Both the position numbers and the translations under genes were made by a program. A DNA stretch of 64,000 nucleotides from Macrostomum lignano (taxonomy: Eukaryota), in NCBI GenBank assembly GCA_002269645.1, contig NIVC01000977.1, forward strand, positions 310,001-374,000. The letters are read 5' to 3'. Shown piece by piece: positions 1 through 11,467 of the stretch (position 1 is its first letter; every line of letters begins with the position of its first letter). The notes beneath the pieces were generated by a model. It worked only from the letters and a program-made list of their open reading frames with translations. It searched no databases and was not told the DNA's origin.

Positions 1-963
1 AAGCTATAGTGCTGTGCTGGGGAGAATTACTGAGATGTCAAGGCTCACAGAGAATAACTGAGATTACGAGGGGGTTTCTGAGAAGTCAAAGCAAAGTCAG
101 AAGCTACTTCAAAGTTCATGTACTTTACTCAATTTTTTATTACATTCTTTGTTGGCTCGCCACGGGGGGGCGCTGATAGAAGAAGAGTCATGTAAAAAAG
201 AAAAGTAGCACTATGTATACATAAAAGAATAGTCATCTCGAAGTTAAAAGATTCATTTGGGAATTGCTACGATGTCAAGGCTTGGAGGGAATCGTTATAG
301 TGCTTATAGTGATTCTTAAAGAAGGAATCACTAAAATGTCAAGGCTTAGGGGAGAAGAATTTTGCTGAGCTTTCAAGACTTTAGGTTGGGTTAAAGTAGG
401 TTTAGGTCAGTTTTGGGTTGAGGGTTAGATTTTAGCGGGTTTCAAGGTTAACAGGGGATTTTTTAGATTTCAAGGTTTATGGGGGCATCGCTGACATGTC
501 AAGCCTTACGGGGGGGGATGTAGCTGAGATGTTAAGGCTCACGGGGGAATAAATGAGATGTCAAGGCTAAAGTCAGAAGCTACATGTAGTTTATTGAAAA
601 CTTTTTATTACATTATTTGTTGGCTCCTCAGGGGAGGGATCGCTGATAGAAAAAGCGTAATGTAAAAAATAAAAGAAGCTTCATGTCGAAGTTAAGAGAT
701 TCATTTGGGAATCCCTACGATGTCGAGGCTTGCAGGGAATCGCTATAATGCTGTAGTAGTGCTATAATGACTCTTAGAGAGAATTACTGAAATGTCAATG
801 CTTTAGGGTTAGGGTTAGGGTTAGGGTTAGGCTAGGGTTAGAAAGTAGACAGATTTTTTAAGATTTCAAGGCTTATGGGGGCTGAGATGTCAAGGGGGAG
901 TTGATATGTTAAGGCTTGTGGGGGGAATTGCTGACATGTCAAGGCTTACAAGGGACTGCTGGG
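1..963. repeat. Left inverted-repeat arm of Maverick/Polinton-derived element, built from degenerate subrepeats (CTGAGATGTCAAGGCT motif; diverged ~470-bp internal duplication)
   Basis: The TGTCAAGGCT motif recurs more than 10 times. The block 'tttttattacatt..tttgttggctc..cgctgataga..tcgaagttaa..gattcatttggga' occurs at ~130-275 and again at ~600-715. It continues after the LTR at 5575-5670 and matches 6790-7075 in reverse complement. Confidence 0.65.
803..843 (+). repeat. Short interstitial telomeric repeat, (TTAGGG)4 plus degenerate units
   Basis: ttagggttagggttagggttagggttaggctagggttag read directly. Confidence 0.8.
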
Positions 964-1184
964 TGTAGCATGCGCAGGCAGGCAGTTCGGGCACCTAGTT
1001 TGCACTCCGTGACCCCCACCCAGCCTATCCACTCCCCTCTGCTCGAGCACATCCCAACGCGCACTCAATGAACCGGAAATCTGTGACCAGACAATAAATA
1101 TACAGGCACAGCCACATTCTATTTCTCCACCTTTTTGAGTGGCTAACTAACACTCGCAATAACCAGCCAGAGTTGCTCGCTACA
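964..1184 (+). repeat. 5' LTR
   Basis: TG...CA termini; about 96% identical to 5355-5574; contains AATAAA at ~1093. Confidence 0.97.
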
Positions 1185-1185
1185 T

Positions 1186-1200
1186 TGGCGTCGCAAGCCA
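1186..1200 (+). promoter_or_regulatory. Primer-binding site (TGGCGTCGCAAGCCA)
   Basis: TGG-starting motif 1 nt after the 5' LTR, complementary to a tRNA CCA end. The priming tRNA was not identified. Confidence 0.8.
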
Positions 1201-1207
1201 GAACCCA

Positions 1208-1960
1208 ATGGCGCTACTACAGCTACAGCCGCCATCCGCATTCAGCATCAGTGCGGACCCCCACACCGTCAGCAAGCGCTGGACAGAGTGGGCCACCACA
1301 CTAAAGCGATTCCTGGCAGCATCAGGAATCTCGGACGACGCCCAGAAGCAGGAAATCCTCCTGTACACCGCGGGTAAAAAAGTTGCAGACATCTTTAAAG
1401 AGATCTCAGAGTCGCGTCCCGCCCCTGATCAGCCGGAGCAGCAAACGCTCGACTCACTCATAGCGGCGCTAACTCAGCACTTTCAAGGACGCGACAATGT
1501 GGTGTTCACCCGGTACCAATTCCGCCAGTGCACGCAGCTGGACGGGGAAGCCATCGACAGCTGGTAAAACCGACTGTGCAACGCGGCTGAGGCCTGCCAG
1601 TTCGGCGAGCTGCGTCAGTCCCTCATCCGCGACCAGATCGTCGCCTGCTGCCGCAGCGAATCCCTCCGAAAGCGGCTGCTCAATGTGCCCAACGTCAGCC
1701 TCCCCGAGGCCCTCCAGCTGGCGAGAACAAACGAAGCAGCCAGCCAGCAAGCGGCCATCATGGAGCGCTCGGCAGCCGGACGAGCTGAAGAAGTGCATGC
1801 GGCTCGCGACAAGCGCCCGCCAGGCGCATGCCAGCCAGCCCGGCCGACAAATGCCTGCGGTGCGGAGAGCCCGGCCACCGCACTTGCAACCGGGCCCAAG
1901 GCAAGCGCTGCAGCAACTGCGGCAAGCTGCACCACCTGGCGAAGGCGTGCTTAAGCGGCC
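1208..1960 (+). pseudogene. gag: gag, with in-frame TAA at 1565-1567 and a frameshift near 1830-1850
   Basis: ORF 1208-1567 continues in frame past TAA as NRLCNAAEACQFGELRQSLIRDQIVACCRSESLRKRLL, a typical Gypsy capsid segment. The zinc knuckles CLRCGEPGH and CSNCGKLHHLAKAC lie in another frame (ORF 1828). Confidence 0.85.
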
Positions 1961-4900
1961 GCGCACGCATCAACATGGCAGAGCCTGAGCCAGAGGAACC
2001 AGCAGTGGCGCACCTGGCGGAGGCGGTATTCTCCAGCCTCGACCCCAGCCGCAAAAGCGCCACCTTCAAAGCGGTCATCAACGGCTCGAACGTACCCGTC
2101 CTGATCGACAGCGGCGCGAGCTGCAAAGTGCTCAGCCAGCAGACCCTTCGTCTAACGGGAGCACCCCAGAGGGCGCTTCAGCCCACGCACACAAGGGTCT
2201 ATCCTCTTGGAGCAGAGAGGCCCCTGACACCCGCCGGCCAGATCACTCTGCACACGAAGATCAACGGCAACTCGGAGAGAGTGCGCTTCATCGTCATCAG
2301 AGAAGAATGCATCACAATTCTAGGTCGCGAAACAAGCACGCAGATGGGGATGCTGAGGGTCGGACCGCAGGCCGAGACAGCTCTCACCGCCGGACTGACA
2401 CCAACAGTCAACGACCAGCACCTTCCACAAGACCTGCGACTGTCATCGATCATGAAGGAGTTCAGCGACAGGTTTCAAGGAATCGGCTGCATCAAGGGCG
2501 TATCAGTCAGCATCCAGCTGAAGGAAGAAGCGGTGCCAGTCTGCCACCCTCCGTCTCGAGTTCCGGTGCATCTTCGAACCGCCGTGGAAAAGGAGCTGAA
2601 GGACCAGCTAGCAGCCGGCATCCTGGAGCCAGTGACGGGGCCCAGTGCTTGGAGTTCATGCATGGTGGTCGTTCCAAAGGCCTCGCCAGGCGAGATCCGC
2701 ATCATGCAGGACCTGAGGGACGTCAATAAGTACGTCATCCCAGAAAAACAGCCAATACCGACATTCGAAGAAGTCACCGACGAGATGGCCAGCTCCACCT
2801 ATTTCTCCGAACTAGACGTTGCCAAGGCCTTCCACCAGATCGAGGTCAGCGAGGAGTCCCGGCAGCTGCTCACTTTCTCAACGCCTCTGGGCCTGCTCCG
2901 CCTCAAGCGCCTTTGCATGGGATTTACCTCAGCATCCGAAATCCTACAGCGCGTCATGACATCTATCCTGAGCGGTTTGAGAGGCGTGCAGTGGGTCCAC
3001 GACGACATCATTATCTTCGCCAGCACCATAAAGGAGCACAACGAGAGGCTGCGCAACTGCCTTGACAGGCTGCGCCAACACAACGTGACTCTGAACCCCC
3101 GCAAATGCCGCATTGCAACCCAGCATGCCGACTTCCTGGCCATGCGCCTCTCGGCGCCGGAATCCAACCGACCGATGAAAAGCTGGAGGCTGTGGCCAAC
3201 TTCAAGCGACCAGAAAATGCAACGGAGGTGCGGTCCTTCCTCGGGCTCGTCACATTCATAGCCCGCTTCATCCCAAACCTCGCCGACAAAGCGAGGCCAC
3301 TTCGAGAGCTAACCAAGAAGAGCGTGAAATGGTCGTGGGGCCCACAGCAAGCCTCAGCCTTTCAGTCAATCAAGCAGTCGATCGCTCACAGCACGACGCT
3401 TGCCTTCTTCAACAAGAACTGCGAGACCAGGTTGATCGTCGACGCCAGCCCGACCGGCCTCGGGGCGATCCTCGCCCAGGTGCAACCTGGCGGCCTCACG
3501 AGGCCAATCGCCTACGCCAGCCGCAGCCTCAGTGACACCGAGCAGCGCTACTCGCAAACAGAGAGGGAGGCGCTGGCCGTCAAATTCGGCTGCCTCAAGT
3601 TCCACCACTACCTTAGCGGCTGCCCAAAGTTCAAGGTCATCACCGACCACAAGCCGCTGGTCAGCCTGCTCAGCCCCGGTTCGCGGCCCCCGCCGCGGAT
3701 CGAGCGCATGGCACTTCGGCTGCAGGATCTCCACTTCGAAGTCACCTACCAGCCAGGCGCAGACAACCCGGCAGATGTCCTGAGCCGCCAGTCACGTCCA
3801 ACACCGCCGAACAACGAGGGCGAGGATCTCGACACGGCTTACATCGCAATGACAGCACAGGCAGCAGCACCGAACAGCATCAGCTTCGACACGATCAAGG
3901 TTGCCGCCGCAGGCGACAAGGCGATCCAAGCCGCCGTATCCGGGCTCCGGTCCCATCGGTGGCAACTCGATAGCCACGACACGCGCAACCTGCACGGCTT
4001 GCGGCACGAGCTCTCAAAACACGACGGACTCCTGCTCAAAGGGCACCAAATCGTCGTTCCCGCCATTCTGCGCTACCGCTGCCTGCAGCTGGCGCACCAA
4101 GGCCACCTGGGTGTCCAGAAAACATTGGCACGCCTCCAGACAAAGGTCTGGTGGCCCTCAATGCGGGCCTCCGTCGAGAACTTTGTAAACTCCTGCCTCA
4201 GCTGCAAGGCCTGCACGAACACAGCCGAATTGAAGGCAGCCCCACTCCAGCCGACTGAGCTGCCGCAGGGGCCGTGGCTAGAGCTGGGCCTGGACTTCCT
4301 GGGACCCATCAGAGGTCACATGCTGCTGGTGTGCACCGACTACTTTTCACGTTTCCCACTGGTACAGACGATGTCGGGGTCGACAGCGGCAGCTCTGGTC
4401 ATCCGAACCCTCCGCCAGTGGTTCAGCATGTTCGGCCAGCCAGTCAAGATCACCACCGACAACGGCCCGCCATTCTCGTCCGCAGAATTCAACGCCTTCC
4501 TGCGCAGCCAGGGCGTCCACCACCATCGGACTACGCCGTTGCATCCCCAAGCCAACGGACTCGTAGAGCGATGCAACCGAGGCCTTAATAAGGCAATCAG
4601 AGCGGCGATCCTGGAAGGCAGCGACTGGCAGGTGGCACTGGACGACTACCTGGCCGCATACCGGCGAACACCGCACGCATCAACCGGCATGGCCCCAGCC
4701 GACCTGCTATTCGGCCGACAGCTCAACGACACGATCCCCAGCTTGCGCCACTCCTGTCCAGTTGATGCCAGGCGACGGACCGTCCGCGGCCACGACTCTA
4801 GGGCCAAGGAGCGGATGAAGGCCTTTGCCGACAGCAAGAGGGGCGCCACCGACCACCAGATCACCGAAGGCGACCTCGTACTCCGCCGGCTCACCAACCG

Positions 4901-5261
4901 CAGCAAGACCGACCCCTTCTTCGAGGTCTCACCATGGACCGTGACAAAAGTCCACGGCAACACCCTGCAGATCCAGAGGGGCGGCCAGAGGTGCTCCAGG
5001 CACGCCACCCACGTCAAGCGAGTCTCCCAGGCAGCCGACGAGTGGCCGAGTGGCCCCGGGGAACGCGACAGCGGACAGAACAGCCGGCCGGATGAACCAA
5101 CCGGCCTGCCCGAGCCAACCGGCGACCAGGACGTCCAGCTCGCCAACAGGCCGCACCCCCCGACAGGCCAAGGAGACGCCGAATCGCTACGAAGATGGCG
5201 ACCGGCGAAAGGCTCCGTACATCTGACAGCTGGCGGAACAGCAGCAAGGACTGATCATTGA
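1961..5261 (+). pseudogene. pol: pol (aspartic protease, RT, RNase H, integrase) with a frameshift near 3150
   Basis: Protease LIDSGAS; RT QDLRDVNK, FSELDVAKAFHQI, WVHDDII. The frame changes at DFLAMRLS to AGIQPTDEK. RNase H VDASPTGLGA, YSQTEREAL, TDHKPL. Integrase HQGH..CLSC, LDF, TDNG, NGLVE. Confidence 0.93.
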
Positions 5262-5344
5262 CTCTATTGACTGACACTGATTGCTCGATCGCGCGTAACA
5301 TGAACCCATGTTGTACCCAACCCCACCCCGGGTTCCAATCCACC

Positions 5345-5354
5345 AGACGAGGGA
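5345..5354 (+). promoter_or_regulatory. Polypurine tract (AGACGAGGGA)
   Basis: Purine-rich run immediately before the 3' LTR. Confidence 0.75.
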
Positions 5355-5574
5355 TGTAGCATGCGCAGGCAGGCAGTTCGGGCACCTAGTTTGCACTCCG
5401 TGACCCCCACCTAGCCTATCCATTTCCCTCTGCTCGAGCACATCCCAATGCGCACTCAATGAATTGGAAATCTGTGACCTGACAATAAATATACAGGCAC
5501 AGCACATTCTATTTCTCCACCTTTTTGAGTGGCTAACTAACACTCGCAATAACCAGCCAGAGTTGCTCGCTACA
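5355..5574 (+). repeat. 3' LTR
   Basis: Direct repeat of 964-1184, followed by the TSD CTGGG. Confidence 0.97.
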
Positions 5575-5689
5575 CTGGGGTAAAATGTAAAGAGAGAGAA
5601 TGCAAATGTAGTTTATTAAAACAACTTGTATTGTACTGCATTTTTTGCTCCCCAACGGGGGACGCTGATTGCTAGTGTGTAGCTAAAGT

Positions 5690-6230
5690 TGCTTGTCAAC
5701 CGATTGAAGCTATTACAGAAACCACTCATAAACCTCAAAGGTACTAAAATATCTACAGACATAAACAGTGGGTTCTTAGCAGCATCGTTTGCACCCGCAA
5801 GCCCATAAGTATATCTTTCTTTTCTGTTTATGGAACTGGGGTCATTCACATTCATTCCCTTCCTGCTCATTGGGGATAAAGCCAGCCCCACTCCCCAACT
5901 GGATGAAAACCGGGTTCTCAATCAAACACTGGGTATCATAGACATTTTCAAAGTTGACTATATCCCCAAATCTGTGCTTCCATTCGACACGCTAAACTCT
6001 TTGAACATGCACACCCAGAAGTTACTGATCAGTGCCACATCTGCATTGTGCTTATCATCATTGATGTAAGCAGCATCGTCTCCAGCTTTTGTCTTGAATT
6101 GAAAAGTCATTTAGAATCCACTTCTTAGACTGTGGACACTGACCAATGATGAGCAACCGTTGTATATGTGAAAGTCAGCGTTTGACCTGGACCCAAATTA
6201 GATTCATTGATTAGAATTCATTAGAACTTG
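5690..6230 (-). pseudogene. Probable degenerate Maverick/Polinton major capsid protein fragment
   Basis: Minus-strand translation with stops: MTFQFKTKAGDDAAYINDDKHNADVALISNFWVCMFKEFSV...VDILVPLRFMSGFCNSFNRL. It resembles the recalled N-terminal jelly-roll region of Polinton-type capsids and adjoins a pPolB fragment. Confidence 0.45.
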
Positions 6231-6289
6231 AATGAGGAGAGGGAGAAACTTGAATGAGTTTATTCAAGCGGCCACCGAGTTTCTACATC

Positions 6290-6785
6290 TCTACATCTCT
6301 AGTCGACACGTCTACACCTCATAAATGTCGAAAAGTTCCATCCTTGTTTTGAGGTGTCCCATTTTAGTTCCTTAACTAAAGAACTTTTAGCTTTATATAA
6401 ATTCAGCCACTGGAAATCTCTAGCAGATAACTCCTGACTCATTGCCCAGCCATAGAGATTGTTAGCGTTCAGGTAGCTGATATAATTGGGGGGTTGCTCG
6501 CTGTTGTAAGATTACACGTAGGGATTCCTGCAAACACAAACAGAGATGTCTCCTTTTTTGAACTTTCCACAAATTATGCATGCCTATGTCTGTTAATAGT
6601 TCGATTCACCAATCTGGTTCTTGATCCCATTTCATTTTGAGCAAAGGCTCCCACGAGTAACTAGCTAGTGGCAGACAATGAAATAAAATGAGCAGGGTCG
6701 AGGCCATTTTGCGGCATTCCAGGTGTCTCTGAAGGTTGAAGACATCAGCGAATAGAAATGCATCAGTGAAAACATATAGCATATG
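6290..6785 (-). pseudogene. Degenerate protein-primed family B DNA polymerase fragment (Maverick/Polinton)
   Basis: Across frameshifts the minus strand reads TDAFLFADVF, GLDPAHF, YSWEPLLKM, IELLTDIGMH, GDISV and YISYLNANNLYGWAMSQELSARDFQWL (6484-6404). This matches the Polinton pPolB YLDANNLYGWAMSQ motif and its upstream motifs, in order. Confidence 0.85.
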
Positions 6786-6789
6786 ACAA

Positions 6790-7075
6790 GCAAACAGCGC
6801 CCCTTGTTATGGAGCCATCAAAAAATGTATTAAACATTTTTGAATAAACTACATGTAGCTTCTGACCTCAACCTTGACATCTCAGCAATCCACCCGTCAG
6901 CCTTGACATATCAGAAATTCCTTATGAGCCTTGACATCTTGCAATTCCCCAATGAAACTTTTAAGTTCGAAATGACTTCTTTCATTTTTAAAACGACGCT
7001 TCTTTTTTGTTTGACATGACGCTTCTTTCATGTCGTATACAAAAATTTTATTAGATGGCGATCTAAGAGGGAAGG
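6790..7075 (-). repeat. Right inverted-repeat arm
   Basis: The reverse complement gives gagatgtcaaggttgaggtcagaagctacatgtagtttattcaa (compare 555-600) and gtcatttcgaacttaaaagtttcattggggaattgc (compare 231-267). Confidence 0.7.
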
Positions 7076-7592
7076 CTATTTGGCCATTTCTTCCCAGAAG
7101 CCTCGTCATGACAACTACTTTTTTAAAACATATTGTTTCTTTTGCTTCTTACCTTTCTTCTCACTAAACCTAATCATTGCTGTTTTTGCTTATCTTTGCA
7201 ACTTTTTGATTTCTGGAAAAAAGTTTAATTCTGCGAAAAAGTTTTCGTTCAGGAGACTAAGTTTTCAGTTGATTCTTGCTAAACTACGTAGTCTCGTAGC
7301 AACTCTTACTGAGGTAGAGATCTGAGGTAAAGGATTACGAATGAATATTCTACTGCATTGTCTGAACAGAACTACGCAAATATACAATAGCTAAATCAAA
7401 CTAGCTAAACGGAAAACCAACGGAAGCCATAAAACGAAATTTAAAGACAAAGAGTTTTCTTCCCAGGAAATGGCTAGATGCGTTTCCTGACTCCATATCG
7501 ATTTTTTTGCCAACAGACAATGCTAGCTGGCTACTGTAACTCTCACAGGAGATGTCACGACGACTATCACAACTATTCATACTGGGCTACAT

Positions 7593-7959
7593 GTATTGGT
7601 TTTGTCAGCCTAACTGAGAATAAAGCCATCCAAAGTGAGAATCCTGCCTACGCTGAATACGAAGGGCCTAGCTGCGTCCAGCCTAGTCTATGAGCCATAG
7701 ACTATAAAGGATAAGCTAGGATTGGCTAGTCATATGGTCATGTCATATGGCTCAGAAGCTCAGAAGGTATAAAAATAAAAGAATACGACGCATAGACCAA
7801 TCGATTCTCACATTGGATGGCTTTTTATCACTTTGCTTGTCCTTTATTGTCTATGGCCCATAGACTAAGGCTGCACGCAGCCAGGCCCTTCGCAGTCAGC
7901 GTAGGCAGGATTCTCACTTTGGATGGCTTTATTCTCAGTTAGGCTGGCAAAAGCAATAC
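7593..7959. mobile_element. Palindromic MITE-like element with ~125-bp inverted arms
   Basis: 7593-7716 is nearly the reverse complement of 7835-7959 (cagcctaactgagaataaagccatccaaagtgagaatcctgcctacgctg). Confidence 0.7.
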
Positions 7960-8408
7960 TACTATACGATGATTCTAACTACCAGACCCAGTTCGTCTAG
8001 CTACATAAGTATAGAGTTAAAGACTGATCGGCTCACTTCTGAAGTGTAAAGATATGTACAGATTTTTTGGCAGCAATTTCGTAAGCTGAAGCTGCGTAGT
8101 GGCTGAAAGTAAAGCAAACAAAGCTGAAAGCTATGTAGTTATTGTTACTATGGTTTACCATACTAACAACGCTTCAGTCAAAGATTGATTGTTTAACGAT
8201 GATTGAAAATATTCACTCGATAGTCTATGGTACAGTTGGAATTGCTCCATAGCGCTTCCTATGGCAGTGTCGATGTCGTTGTCGATGTCTATGGCCAAAA
8301 CCTGCGCAGTCTAGGACGTTTCTGATTCGCTGAGACATCGTTAAACAACGCTTCAGCGTTAAACAATGCTTCTAGTCGAGTATGCTAAACGATAGTGACA
8401 ATAAGTCT

Positions 8409-8504
8409 ATACATACGGTACTATCGTTAAACAATAAGCAAAGATCACTCGTGGCTACGCCACTCGTGAATTTGCTTATTGTTTACCTCTAGTACCGTAT
8501 GTAT
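8409..8504. repeat. Short near-perfect hairpin or mini-MITE
   Basis: atacatacggtacta..taaacaataagcaaa pairs with tttgcttattgttta..tagtaccgtatgtat. Confidence 0.7.
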
Positions 8505-8699
8505 AATCTCCCATTGTATCCTTTTGGCACTTTGTCTATGGCACTTTGAAAGAGCAGCAAAGATCATTAGTCAATCGTCTATGGTACAACTGGAGAGGAT
8601 AGTAAAGACGACTAGCCAATCTGTCATGAATTAATCACTAGTGGATTTTGAGCTTTCCATAGCTACTTCCATAATTCCATATTGCCAATAGAAAAATGA

Positions 8700-9230
8700 G
8701 CTGTATAACTTGCGACGAAAATATTCCTGGTGGAGAAATATTCGGACTCTCCACGGACGATTTATGGCTTTTGTCACCCGAGAGTCGATCAATCGCTTTG
8801 GTCTGGAGATTGACAATTTGGATGTGTGGTCCAGTACCAAAGTGCTGCCTGAGCTGCAACTAGCAAAGATCTGCAAACGCTGGACCGGATTGACAATGAA
8901 TCTGTGCCGAAATCGACCGACACTCAACGAAAACTTCACGTGGCAAGGTTCCGCCAGTTCCTCAATGAGAAAGGGACTAAACGGGAGTTTTAGCGTGTAC
9001 CGGATCGATTCCTGAACGGTTATCTGAGGCTTTTCTATTTTGAAAGCAGGATGGAGCACACTACGTGCTGACGTCTCTCATCTGTTATCGTGCGGCCATT
9101 CAACGGCACCTGGAATCCCCGTCCGTCAAACGCCAGGTGAACATCACTACCGGAGAATTATTCAAGCGTTGCAACGGAATTATTGTCGAACTTATGGGTG
9201 ACAGAGGAACAAAACTACTCATTCGTTGTT
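8700..9230 (+). pseudogene. Degenerate non-LTR retrotransposon fragment (post-RT region of RLE-type LINE)
   Basis: Frame-broken translations WRNIRTLHGRF..., VSHLLSCG and QVNITTGELFKR resemble the LHGRF / ETVxHxLSGC / RHxxVxxIIH segments of RLE-clade ORFs. Confidence 0.4.
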
Positions 9231-10401
9231 TTTGTTGTTATGCGCCGTTGTCATGTTTCGATTCTTTTCTATAGCCTAATGCATTCATTAATTTTCCGGC
9301 AGCAATTGAAATGTTTCCAAAAGGCTTAATTTACTGTCGAAAACCATAGAAAATCAGCTAGCGCAACTGCTGCCAAACAACATGTGCAAATCGTTACTAT
9401 GGCAGAGGCTATTAGTAAGATAGTCTTGAGACAGCTAGGTAAATTTATATTAAAATATAGAGATTATTCTTCAATTCTAATTTGAAATTTTCCTTTAGAC
9501 TGCAGCTTTAAGGATTTATACTAATAGAACAGTTAATTTCATATTTTAACATCCTCCTTTTCTCTCCCATTTTCAAGCTAAAAGAAGAGCCTGCTTTTGT
9601 TAGTTTATTAAAATGAGTCTAAAGCCCCGTGTAAACAGCCAGGAAACCAAGTCTACATGTAGTCTAGGAAAAACCATAATCATATGAAACAAGCACTGGA
9701 ATTTTAAATGAGCTTACAGGATTTAAATGAGCTTACAGGATTTAAATGAGCCAACTCTTCAAGGCACAGAGTGTGCACATGCCTGACGATTAGAAAGTCA
9801 GATGGCCGCTGTACACCCCGTGTGAGCGGTGTATGAGTGCGTGTCTGTGTACCGCAGTATTGTTGCATTTGTGTGTGCTCAGGAGTCAGCGTAATGGGCA
9901 GAATTGCCTCAGCGATGGTTGCGGGACGATGTCGCCGGAAGCGTTGCGCCATGGGTACCTACCCACATGCCCTCCTGCAATTATTTTTACTTAGGCTTAC
10001 AGGAAGTGCAAACTGGGAGAGCACTTCAAAACGACCTGCTCGACTTACTTCGTTCTCTTTGACATGTACATGTAGTTTAACTGGAGCTGTAGTATGGAAC
10101 ACAGACAGTTGAAGCATCACGCTGCACTTTATTTTCTTAGAAATAAGCCTGGGGCCGCTCAGGAACGTCATGTTTATTGTATCGCCAGTGCATTCAGTAT
10201 GCTCACGAAAAAATCTGATTTTTGTCGGCTTAAACCAGTGAGCCGAAGTCAAGGCAGTTGGCATGAGAGGCGCAGGTTCGAGCCTGGCCCAATTCAAGCA
10301 AAGAAAATTTGACAGAGAGAGGTAGAGTTTGAGCGCGTCAATTCAACGAGCCAAGCCATGCATATCCGATTTTGCATTCGAGTCCTGAACAGATAGGTAG
10401 C

Positions 10402-10560
10402 GGAACACCGAGTTGCCCATCCAGTCGCCAAGCTTCCTGATCATCGACAGTGGAACACCGAGCTGCCCATCCAGTCGCCAAGCTTCCTGATCATCGGCAG
10501 TGGAACACCGAGCTGCCCATCCAGTCGCCAAGCTTCATGATCATAGGCAGCAGAACACCG
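10402..10560 (+). repeat. 50-bp tandem repeat, 3 copies plus a partial
   Basis: ggaacaccgagctgcccatccagtcgccaagcttcctgatcatc at 10402, 10452 and 10502. Confidence 0.9.
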
Positions 10561-11467
10561 AACTGTATGGCTACTTTAGCGCCGCCCCGCCGCAGCCAAT
10601 GAACTCACATGGCGTCAAACCCGCCGATGTGCACAGCGAGCGAAGCCTACCGTCAAAACCGCAAGCCGTCAGAGGCATGTTTAAGCATTCATTTATATAC
10701 TTATATAATATACGATATTTCGTATATTCCTGTTTTCTGACTAATTCAAAATCTTCATTTAACTTCACTTTCTTTTATTGCTACTCTTCAGTAGTGCCGC
10801 AACGCTTCATTTGCTCAGGTAGGCTCTCTCGTATGGCTTTACTTCTTGCGTACTTAGTATAATTGCTCCTTGTTTGCACGAGCGAGTGAGGTTCATACTC
10901 TTTTCCAGATAGCAGTCGAAATTCATTAGAAGTAGCCTCGTACATCGACTCGATAAGATAAACGAGCGATTTTGAGGAAGAAAATTTAGGGATTACGGCA
11001 GTACCTGTAATACGTCGTACGGCAGGCTCTCCTAAAAATACACAAGTGCCAGAGCCAATAGCCTCCGGTTCTAGAAGGTCTCCAGGCAAACTTATTAACC
11101 TCGGCCTCTCCGTTCGTCTGGATCGGGATCGTCTACGATTAAATAGAAAATTTAGGGTAAGGGAAAACTATAATAAACATTTTAGGTAGCACAGGTTGCA
11201 CTAATAGGAGTCGTGCCTCAATATATAATGCCAACTATGTTCGCAAGCTTGAAAATACACACGAAATATATATAAAACAATAATTAAGATTTACAAGTAC
11301 TTATTTAGATAATAAGCTTGAAAATTTCATAGGATAAATTAACTTGATCATTAAAACAAGGCTTATTGCTATAACGCGTCACATTGGTCGATTTCAACCA
11401 GACAAAAACTGGGAACAAATAAAAAGAAGTTTCTAGTTTTTAATTTAGCTTTAAGTTTAGATGACAC

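Larger units (their letters stand above)
964..5574 (+). mobile_element. Full-length Ty3/Gypsy LTR retrotransposon (Mag-like), disrupted
   Basis: LTRs of 221 and 220 bp with TGTAGC...GCTACA termini, 5-bp TSD CTGGG (959-963 and 5575-5579), PBS and PPT. Domain order is gag-PR-RT-RH-IN. Confidence 0.97.

Noticed and set aside
1469-5549. Antisense and alternative-frame ORFs over the LTR element
   Set aside because: Shadow ORFs of GC-rich gag-pol sequence with no recognisable motifs.
10571-11089. Minus-strand ORFs of 102 and 65 aa downstream of Dicer as extra Dicer exons or a gene
   Set aside because: Dicer already has a stop at 12255. These ORFs lack ATG starts and recognisable motifs, and may be a decayed element.
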